Source: a virus | Virus record (IMG/VR): IMGVR_UViG_3300023093_000002 | Coordinates: 1 to 7,058 of that record | Strand: one strand, 5' to 3' | Length of the DNA: 7,058 nucleotides | Shown here: piece after piece, positions 1 to 5,571 of the stretch | How positions within the stretch are numbered: position 1 is the stretch's first letter | Layout of the letters: every line of letters begins with the position of its first letter | Notes under the pieces: generated by a model | The model's input: the letters and a program-made list of their open reading frames with translations, nothing else | Databases searched by the model: none | What the model was told of the DNA's origin: nothing | Made by a program: the position numbers and the translations under genes

Positions 1-127
1 TAATGGACTGGCGTTACGTTGAACGGCCTATGGAAACTGGCTCTGCCTCCATGGGTCGTTTAATGTAACGTCGATTATGCGTACACCACTTCTGATCCCT
101 GATTACCTTATCCGCGACTCGGCGCTT
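1..127. repeat. Terminal direct repeat, copy A (identical to 6932-7058)
   Basis: Base-by-base comparison shows 127/127 identity at an offset of 6931. The repeat is cut off by the window end rather than ending on its own. Confidence 0.99.
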
Positions 128-307
128 TATGCCCCGACCCGCGAACCTCTCGATGCCGTCTGTTACGTGCTTGCGGACTATCCTCGCGTCGTTGCCGAGG
201 CCCGAAAAATGCGTGCCCGGCTTGCTCAAATCGACAGCGAAGTCTCCCAACTCGATGACCGATTGCACGCGCTCCAGGACGCATGCCGGGCCATTCTCGA
301 ACTGTGA
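77..307 (+). CDS. Hypothetical 76-aa protein with a predicted C-terminal amphipathic or coiled-coil helix
   Basis: It is the most protein-like of four mutually overlapping ORFs in the GC-rich patch, ending ...AEARKMRARLAQIDSEVSQLDDRLHALQDACRAILEL. No Shine-Dalgarno is visible upstream, and the ATG lies inside the XerC-arm sequence ATTATGCGTAC. Confidence 0.45.
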   Translation: MRTPLLIPDYLIRDSALYAPTREPLDAVCYVLADYPRVVAEARKMRARLAQIDSEVSQLDDRLHALQDACRAILEL

Positions 308-416
308 TTTTCGCCATACCTCGACTGCCCGTAGGGCATTAGGCGCTTCGCAGATCCGCAGCCAGGCTAATCAACATCCGCGCCGATACCCGGCAACGCC
401 GGCCGGTCGATCGCCC

Positions 417-460
417 AACAAAAAACCCCCAGCGATCGTTTAATCACTGAGGGTTTCTGT
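417..460. terminator. Hairpin flanked by an A-run and T-rich tail: probable bidirectional intrinsic terminator (stronger for the minus strand) and candidate origin hairpin
   Basis: Stem 423-432 AAACCCCCAG pairs with 447-456 CTGAGGGTTT (10 bp, 1 mismatch), with loop 433-446 CGATCGTTTAATCA. It is preceded by AACAAAAAA, which gives a U-run on the minus transcript, and followed by TTTCTGT. It sits between convergent ORFs 77-307 (+) and 608-847 (-). Confidence 0.6.
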
Positions 461-607
461 CGCGTTCAAGCCGCTTCCAAGCGCCATGGTGGCACTTCGC
501 GCCCTGATCTTCTGCTTTGTCCAAAACTCGCTTCAGGATCCTGCACGCGGTTCCGTGACGCCTAGCACCATCGCTCGACAGGTCCCGGTAGGTCCTATTT
601 TGTAGCG

Positions 608-847
608 CTACAGCTTGATGATTTTTACTGTCTTGAAGTGCTCGATGGTTGTGTTTTTGAGGATCAAAGCCATTGCCTCGGCAAGTTCACGGCTTGGAAA
701 AATCACCGGCGCTTCTGGTGGTTCTTCTGAGCGTGTCATGAAGCCCGATGCGGGTCCGACACGTACCGCAACGCGATTTTCCTCCAGAGAGCACTGAATC
801 AGCTCTACGCCATCCTTGCCCGCTATTTTCCAGCGTTCCGATTCCAT
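608..847 (-). CDS. Hypothetical acidic 79-aa protein, co-oriented downstream of the XRE repressor
   Basis: The codon pattern on the minus strand looks like real coding sequence (GAA/CTG/GCG-rich, few rare-looking codons). A weak SD (GAGAAG) lies 4 nt upstream of the ATG. I recognise no motif. Confidence 0.5.
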   Translation of the reverse strand: MESERWKIAGKDGVELIQCSLEENRVAVRVGPASGFMTRSEEPPEAPVIFPSRELAEAMALILKNTTIEHFKTVKIIKL

Positions 848-870
848 GTGCTTCTCGATTTCCGGAGCGA

Positions 871-928
871 AGCGGGTGGGGGTGCTGTTACACCCCCACT
901 TTGGTATGGACTTCCATACTTTCCCGCT
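871..928 (+). other. Compact three-way-junction fold (outer stem plus two hairpins) in the 80-nt gap between the repressor and the 79-aa ORF
   Basis: Outer stem 871-875 AGCGG pairs with 924-928 CCGCT. Hairpin A is 876-884 GTGGGGGTG with 891-899 CACCCCCAC (9 bp, 6-nt loop). Hairpin B is 904-910 GTATGGA with 913-919 TCCATAC. No U-run follows on either strand. Confidence 0.55.
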
Positions 929-1347
929 TATTTGATGGCTTCTTGCTCAAAACCAAAAAGCACACCTTTCAGGGCAATACGTGCCTGATTCCTGATCTCG
1001 GGCGGCAGAGAATCAAATCTCTTTAAAATAGGCCGCAAATCCTCTGATACCGTCATTTCTGACTCACTTAGTAACAACTCATCAGTTGACACCCCTAGAA
1101 CCTTTGCCAGCTCCACAACCTTGTCTGCAGACGGCATTTGTGTGCCTGCCTCGTAAGAGGTGTAGCTGGATTTTGCTATCCCCGCTGCACCCCAAATCTG
1201 AGGCTGAGTTAGCCCCCGAGCCTTCCTGAAACGCTTCAGGTTCTCGCTGAGTGTCATGGTTCTTTCGCTCTGGCTTTTCATCGTGCCGAGATCGTAAATA
1301 CTGTTCAACTGTCCAGTTCCGTTATTCCGGTATTTTAATGCTTGCAT
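928..1347 (-). CDS. XRE-family helix-turn-helix transcriptional repressor (phage immunity or lysogeny regulator)
   Basis: The segment MTLSENLKRFRKARGLTQPQIWGAAGIAKSSYTSYEAGTQMPSADKVVELAKVLGVSTDELL is a textbook Cro/C1 (XRE) HTH. The gene is divergent from rep. The start at 1347 is preferred because of GAGGG 7 nt upstream. Alternative starts are 1371 (longest ORF), 1281, and 1257, where the HTH begins immediately. Confidence 0.85.
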   Translation of the reverse strand: MQALKYRNNGTGQLNSIYDLGTMKSQSERTMTLSENLKRFRKARGLTQPQIWGAAGIAKSSYTSYEAGTQMPSADKVVELAKVLGVSTDELLLSESEMTVSEDLRPILKRFDSLPPEIRNQARIALKGVLFGFEQEAIK

Positions 1348-1402
1348 GTCGTTACCCTCAGTGGTTAGCATACCGGCATTCGGCTACCGTTATTCCGGTA
1401 TT
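1319..1402. promoter_or_regulatory. Operator-like repeats in the divergent repressor/rep control region
   Basis: A perfect 16-mer CCGTTATTCCGGTATT occurs at 1319-1334 and 1387-1402. An inverted half-site ATACCGG lies at 1370-1376, and each repeat has a near-palindromic core ATTCCGGTAT. A possible rep promoter, TTGCAT (1342-1347), 18 nt, TAGCAT (1366-1371), lies between them. Confidence 0.5.
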
Positions 1403-1416
1403 GACAGGGATTTGTG

Positions 1417-2547
1417 ATGTTCATCGATTGGTTGACAGTTTCCCAGGAGCATTTGCATGACCTCCCAGTCGTTTGCGACGTTTTCACGCTCACAATCGAT
1501 GCCAATACCAACGAGGTTTTGAACACCCGTCAGCCACGTTTTAAGCACGAAGCTAGCTACTCGACGTCAGTTACTATTTCCGTTCAGGGCCGCAAAATTC
1601 GTGTTGAGGGAAATCCTAGCCGGGTAGGGCGGTTGGACAACCTTTTTGGCTACACCACCATTGAGCAATGCATTTCTGTCTACAACGCTTTGCTCCGCGA
1701 ATATGGCCTCCCGGGCTTCACTCGTTGCACTCGCCTTGATATCCGCGCTGGTTCATCTGGTGCGAAGTCCGGTGACCGCATTGCAGATGGAGCAAAGATT
1801 GAGCGTATCGATCTGACAACCAACGTTTCTGTTGGGTCCGGCAACGTTGTTTCATATCTTCGCGGTGTTTCTAGTCAGCGCATTGGCCACAGCATTGGTT
1901 TTCTGTATCCAAATGGCCGAACAGTTACATGGACTCCCAAAGGCAACGGTAAAGGCGGGCGTCTTCAATATCGTAAAGCTTACGATAAAGCTTATGAAAT
2001 GGATCAAAACTGTATTCCTAAAACCAAGCGGCTTTTTGGTGAGGATTCAGAAGAGTTCAAGTATGTAAAGCAGGTTCGGGACTACTGCGCCCAACAGGGC
2101 GTTGTTCGTATGGAGCAAGAGCTTAAGAGTGAATTGCTACAGCGTGAGGCTCTATGTTACTGGGGTCTGTTTAATGAAAGCCGTTTGAGCGAACTCCACG
2201 ATGAGTTTTTGGGCATTGATGAGAAATTGAAGGTTACCTCCATGGATATGATGACTATTTCAGATAAGTTGTTAGAAGAGGGTATTGTTTCCAGTCGCCA
2301 AGCTGCTAACTCGACCGCTTCCTGTGCGATTCTCTGGATGCATGGACAGACCTTCGATTTTAGTAAAAGCCAAACAAAGACCAATGCCGCTCGTCTTAAC
2401 CGCATCGGTATCAATATTCGCAACGCCTGTGACACCTCACGCTTTGCGCCTGTCTTTGTTCGTCAGTGCCGAGAAGTTACCAAGTCAGCACTTGCTGTCC
2501 CTACTTGGTATAAGCGTGTCAATCATCTTCATCAGGTGGCAGCATGA
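1417..2547 (+). CDS. Rolling-circle replication initiator, Ff gene II-like (Phage_CRI-type)
   Basis: N-terminus is MFIDWLT. Blocks align by eye with my recollection of M13 gpII: IRVEGNPSRVGRLDNLFGYT with VEIKASPAKVLQGHNVFGTT, IERIDLTTN with ISRIDATFS, GRTVTW with ESTVTW, and VRMEQELK with VRFEARIK. AGGGA lies 6 nt upstream of ATG 1417, and an in-frame GTG at 1414 is an alternative start. Confidence 0.88.
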   Translation: MFIDWLTVSQEHLHDLPVVCDVFTLTIDANTNEVLNTRQPRFKHEASYSTSVTISVQGRKIRVEGNPSRVGRLDNLFGYTTIEQCISVYNALLREYGLPGFTRCTRLDIRAGSSGAKSGDRIADGAKIERIDLTTNVSVGSGNVVSYLRGVSSQRIGHSIGFLYPNGRTVTWTPKGNGKGGRLQYRKAYDKAYEMDQNCIPKTKRLFGEDSEEFKYVKQVRDYCAQQGVVRMEQELKSELLQREALCYWGLFNESRLSELHDEFLGIDEKLKVTSMDMMTISDKLLEEGIVSSRQAANSTASCAILWMHGQTFDFSKSQTKTNAARLNRIGINIRNACDTSRFAPVFVRQCREVTKSALAVPTWYKRVNHLHQVAA

Positions 2548-2774
2548 AAACTGTCAGCTTTCAGGGTACTCAGCTTACGTCCGGCCAGAAACTGCGCCTT
2601 CAACAGCAGCAGCATGTTAAGGCTTTTATGAATCCCGTGCTTGCTGATCAAATTGCTGTAACTCTTGCTGTTATCGAGCTGCGTAAAGAACAAGGCGTTA
2701 AGCCCGAACAAATTTGGTTCTTCGACTATGAAAGTCACGGGACTGTTTCCATGGCTGAGTTCATGGGTTACTAA
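2544..2774 (+). CDS. Hypothetical 76-aa protein of the replication module, translationally coupled to rep
   Basis: Its ATG overlaps the rep stop (ATGA at 2544-2547), and GGTGG lies 4 nt upstream. It contains a Gln-rich stretch LRLQQQQH. I recognise no motif. Confidence 0.6.
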   Translation: MKTVSFQGTQLTSGQKLRLQQQQHVKAFMNPVLADQIAVTLAVIELRKEQGVKPEQIWFFDYESHGTVSMAEFMGY

Positions 2775-2836
2775 CCGCCCAGTTGGGCAAACAACAAGTC
2801 GCATATCGACTTCCAACCAATTGAAAGGGCTTTATC

Positions 2837-3133
2837 ATGTCTATGACTCTTATCGTTGAAGTGACTGGCAATACTCGCTCGGGCACTGCAAAGTCTGGCA
2901 ATCCTTACTGCATGTTCGAAGCATTTGTTCACCTTCCGAACGTTCCATACCCTCAGAAAACAATGTTTTACGCCTCTATTGCCAACGAAGTGCCTCAAGT
3001 TGGCATGTACGAGTGCGACGTTGTTCCTGATGTTCGTGATGGTCGCCTAGAATTCAATTGCGATCCTCGCCAAGGTCGCCGCAAGAATACTCAACCTCAG
3101 TCCGCTCCAGCACCACAAGCGAAAGTAGGTTAA
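2837..3133 (+). CDS. ssDNA-binding protein, Ff gene V-like
   Basis: EVTGNTRSGTAKSGNPYCMFEAFVHLPNVPYP parallels my recollection of M13 gVp QFTTRSGVSRQGKPYSLNEQLCYVDLGNEYP. The later GMYEC parallels GLYTV. At 98 aa it sits in the expected position after rep, and AAGGG lies 7 nt upstream. Confidence 0.8.
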   Translation: MSMTLIVEVTGNTRSGTAKSGNPYCMFEAFVHLPNVPYPQKTMFYASIANEVPQVGMYECDVVPDVRDGRLEFNCDPRQGRRKNTQPQSAPAPQAKVG

Positions 3134-3135
3134 TC

Positions 3136-3408
3136 ATGTTGCCTCTGTGCGTCGTCGTCGACTCTGACAATCGTTTAGTTGCCATGGGTGAATTTAATGG
3201 CGATTGCACAGGGTACGTTTTGCAGACTCCGGCAGATTTTGCCGGGTCTATGACAATTGCAGGTCTCTTCGGTTATCCGGACCCTGTATCTGTCGGTGCT
3301 GCATTTGCAACTTGTTTCGGCTTGGTTATTTTCCTTGCCGCTGTTGCAACTACTGTCGGGGAAGTCTCCGGCTTTTTCTCAAGTACTACTCAGGTGGAAG
3401 AACTATGA
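3136..3408 (+). CDS. Hypothetical 90-aa membrane protein (possible minor virion or assembly protein)
   Basis: It occupies the slot between the ssDNA-binding and major coat genes. It has a C-terminal hydrophobic segment VGAAFATCFGLVIFLAAVATTV. Its stop overlaps the coat ATG (ATGA at 3405-3408). The upstream part of the tracked ORF (3058-3135) overlaps the ssDNA-binding gene and is not used. Confidence 0.6.
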   Translation: MLPLCVVVDSDNRLVAMGEFNGDCTGYVLQTPADFAGSMTIAGLFGYPDPVSVGAAFATCFGLVIFLAAVATTVGEVSGFFSSTTQVEEL

Positions 3409-3638
3409 AACAACTCAAATCCCTGTTCCAACTCTCCAAAACTCAAGTTGCTGTTGTTGGCTCCCTGACTGCTGCTGCCATCGCTCCCGGCGCCTTTGCC
3501 GCTGACGTTGACTTCAGCTCGATGATTGGCGATGTAGCCTCCGCCGGTGCTGTAGCCGCCATCGTGGCAATGGGTGTGGTCAAGATCGCGCCTAACTTCG
3601 CCAAGTGGGCTGTTAACAAGGTTGCCAGCTTCTTCTGA
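3405..3638 (+). CDS. Major coat protein precursor (g8p-like)
   Basis: The 77-aa product has a signal peptide ending AFA at residue 32. The 45-aa mature peptide ADVDFSSMIGD...KIAPNFAKWAVNKVASFF has an acidic N-terminus, hydrophobic core and basic C-terminus. GGTGGA lies 7 nt upstream, and a strong terminator follows as after Ff gene VIII. Confidence 0.88.
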   Translation: MKQLKSLFQLSKTQVAVVGSLTAAAIAPGAFAADVDFSSMIGDVASAGAVAAIVAMGVVKIAPNFAKWAVNKVASFF

Positions 3639-3657
3639 TCCCTGGCTGATCTTTAGA

Positions 3658-3685
3658 GGGTTCCCACTCGGGGGCCCTTTTTTTT
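3658..3685 (+). terminator. Rho-independent terminator downstream of the major coat gene
   Basis: Stem 3658-3665 GGGTTCCC pairs with 3670-3677 GGGGGCCC (8 bp, including 2 G-U in RNA). The loop is ACTC, followed by eight T residues (3678-3685). Confidence 0.85.
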
Positions 3686-3714
3686 CTCTTCATTCCGATG
3701 GGTGGATTCATGAT

Positions 3715-5199
3715 ATGGCTCGTTCTTGCGTCGTTTGGCGGATTTGTTTGTGCTGGTGTTTGTTGCTATGCGTTCTTCCGACCGTAGAGGCAGGCACAGT
3801 TAAAGTTAATGTTCCCTCTCTTACGTCCCAAGTTGCTAAGGGCGTTCCCGCATATGCCGACAGCAAACTTACTTTCAGCACTGCAATTGAAGGCGAGTTT
3901 ATTCCGGCACCTACAAAGAACGTTCCAGTTCGTGGCATTCTCGGTGGCACTGAGTTTGGTCTGCGCACTATTACTCCCAAAGCAAAAAGCCTTCTTAAGG
4001 GTGGTCTTGCCGGTATCGCGGCTGGATATGCTTTTGACCAGCTTATAGATGGTCTTGGCTGGGCCATGGATCCTAAAACCCAAACACCGGTTAAGAAAGT
4101 TCCTGCTGGCCCTATACAATATGTCCCGCAGGGCAACAATTATTATTGGAGCACTAACGGTAAAAACTTCAGCTCTGCTGGTGCTGCTTGTAGTGATTTA
4201 TTCTCTCTCTATACCCCTGGGTGGCCTGATCCTTCCTCTACTCTGACGGTCACCGGTGATACTGCATGGTGCTATCTCAAAGCTTCTGACTGGCATAACG
4301 CGAGTGCCGCTATTAAACGCTACGGCTCAACCTGCCCTGATGGATCTGCATATGCAGCGGACACCGGCTCTTGCAATGCAACCACTGGCGGCACTACCAA
4401 GGCATTAACCGATGCTGATTGGATATCGGTAGACGATTTTATCAAAGCTCAAAATTCAGATTTTGTTAAGAACCTACTTCAACAGTCATGCCTTGGGTCT
4501 AACAACCCCGAAGGCTGTTACCAGTCTTTACGTACTCAACAGTTAGCACTTCGCGGCCCGTCATCTGTCGATGCTGGAACAACTACCACCACGACTACAA
4601 GCCCTGCGTCTGACGGCACTGTCAATACAACCGTGACTGCTACAACCACAAGTTACAACCTTGCCTATCAACCGGCATCCTTTACCTTTAATAAGCATAC
4701 TTCCACGACTACTACTATTAACGGCAAGCCATCAGGCACAACTGAAACTGTCGAACAGCCAAGCGATGAAGTTAGTCCTGATGATCCTGCCAGCGAAGAC
4801 CCGGCTGAAAATCCAACTGATCCAACTAAAGACCCTGAAACAGAAACGCCAACAACGCCTTCACCTTGCGCCGGTACAACGTGCGACGGCCCTGCATATA
4901 CTCAGTTGTACGAACCGACAAAGGATACAAAAGAGAAATACCTAGATAGTTATATCTCTCGCGTTAAAGCTCTTCCTTTGTTCGCGTCGGTTGGCAACTT
5001 CTTTAAAGTTACTGCCTCTGCTGGTTGTCCTGTCTGGTCTTCTACCGCTGATTTCAATGTGCTGGGTGCTTCCTCTTCTTATAACCTCGTATTCGACTTT
5101 CACTGTCAGGGATGGTTTGTTTCCGTTGCATCTTATGCAAGTGCTGTTATGTCAATTGTCTGTGCCTTCTTGGCATTCCGCCAAGCCTTCCTAGATTAA
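3715..5199 (+). CDS. Adsorption / minor coat protein (g3p-like)
   Basis: The 494-aa product has signal peptide MARSCVVWRICLCWCLLLCVLPTVEA. It has Cys-containing N-terminal domains, then a Thr-rich linker and a Pro/Asp/Glu/Thr-rich linker. The C-terminal hydrophobic anchor is VSVASYASAVMSIVCAFLAFRQAF. It sits right after the coat gene. The tracked ORF start at 3574 would read through the terminator and is rejected. Confidence 0.75.
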   Translation: MARSCVVWRICLCWCLLLCVLPTVEAGTVKVNVPSLTSQVAKGVPAYADSKLTFSTAIEGEFIPAPTKNVPVRGILGGTEFGLRTITPKAKSLLKGGLAGIAAGYAFDQLIDGLGWAMDPKTQTPVKKVPAGPIQYVPQGNNYYWSTNGKNFSSAGAACSDLFSLYTPGWPDPSSTLTVTGDTAWCYLKASDWHNASAAIKRYGSTCPDGSAYAADTGSCNATTGGTTKALTDADWISVDDFIKAQNSDFVKNLLQQSCLGSNNPEGCYQSLRTQQLALRGPSSVDAGTTTTTTTSPASDGTVNTTVTATTTSYNLAYQPASFTFNKHTSTTTTINGKPSGTTETVEQPSDEVSPDDPASEDPAENPTDPTKDPETETPTTPSPCAGTTCDGPAYTQLYEPTKDTKEKYLDSYISRVKALPLFASVGNFFKVTASAGCPVWSSTADFNVLGASSSYNLVFDFHCQGWFVSVASYASAVMSIVCAFLAFRQAFLD

Positions 5200-5208
5200 G
5201 GAGTATTT

Positions 5209-5556
5209 ATGCAGGCCATCGTTAGCACTATCGTCAGTTGGGTAACTGCCATTCTTCACTGGATTGCACGCCTGTTTGAATGGTTCGGCGGTTTGTTTAA
5301 GGACTTAATGGCATTCCTTCTGGATTTGCCACTCAAGATATTGCAGGGCTTCTTAGATGGCGTGCTCTATTTACTGGGCCAACTTCCTGCACCCGACTTT
5401 TTGACCCAGTACAGCCTTCAAACCCTGTTTAGTGCGCTTCCTCAATCAGCGCTTTATTTCGTCGGCCTGTTCGGTATTCCTCAGGCTTTAGCAATTCTCG
5501 GGCTTGGCGTTGCTTTCCGGCTTCTACGCAAAGCATTAACGCTTGGTCAATGGTAA
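5209..5556 (+). CDS. Hydrophobic minor coat / membrane protein (g6p-like position)
   Basis: The 115-aa protein has several hydrophobic helices and a strong SD (AAGGAG) 7 nt upstream. It lies between the g3p-like and Zot-like genes, as gene VI does in Ff. Confidence 0.6.
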   Translation: MQAIVSTIVSWVTAILHWIARLFEWFGGLFKDLMAFLLDLPLKILQGFLDGVLYLLGQLPAPDFLTQYSLQTLFSALPQSALYFVGLFGIPQALAILGLGVAFRLLRKALTLGQW

Positions 5557-5571
5557 GGGTAGGGTGGTCGT

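Noticed and set aside
1-127. The 127-nt direct repeats as attL/attR, LTRs or a target-site duplication
   Set aside because: The second copy is cut by the window end, and the repeat period equals a complete phage gene set. Wrap-around or tandem copy is the simpler explanation. The actual recombination core would be the ~28-bp dif-like site, not 127 nt.
14-443. Three further ORFs overlapping ORF 77-307: 14-268 (-), 108-317 (-) and 129-443 (+)
   Set aside because: They overlap each other in a ~60% GC stretch where stop codons are rare by chance. Their products are Arg/Pro/Ser-rich and low-complexity. The 14-268 ORF would run through the attP hairpin, and none has a convincing SD.
615-1026. Plus-strand ORFs 615-797 and 748-1026, opposite the 79-aa ORF and the end of the repressor
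   Set aside because: Their products look non-protein-like (Ser/Arg/Pro/Cys-rich). The 748-1026 ORF runs through the structured spacer and into the well-supported XRE gene on the other strand.
1401-1406. Perfect TTGACA as a -35 box for rep
   Set aside because: It lies only 11 nt upstream of the rep ATG, so any matching -10 would fall inside the coding sequence. No good -10 follows at 16-18 nt. It more likely belongs to the operator-flanking sequence.
3204-3404. Long N-terminal extension of the major coat ORF (tracked start at 3204)
   Set aside because: The extension is Cys/Arg-rich nonsense and overlaps orf90 in another frame. The ATG at 3405 gives a canonical signal peptide and has an SD.
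3574-3714. Long N-terminal extension of the g3p-like ORF (tracked start at 3574)
   Set aside because: It would overlap the end of the coat gene and read through the strong terminator at 3658-3685. The ATG at 3715 is followed at once by a clean signal peptide and preceded by GGTGGA.
3708-4139. Antisense ORFs inside g3p (3708-4139 and 3766-4119). The same applies to those inside zot (6343-6765, 5948-6178, 5676-5928) and rep (2157-2435)
   Set aside because: They lie entirely within well-supported sense genes, have Arg/Pro/Ser-biased composition and lack SD motifs. They are typical shadow ORFs.
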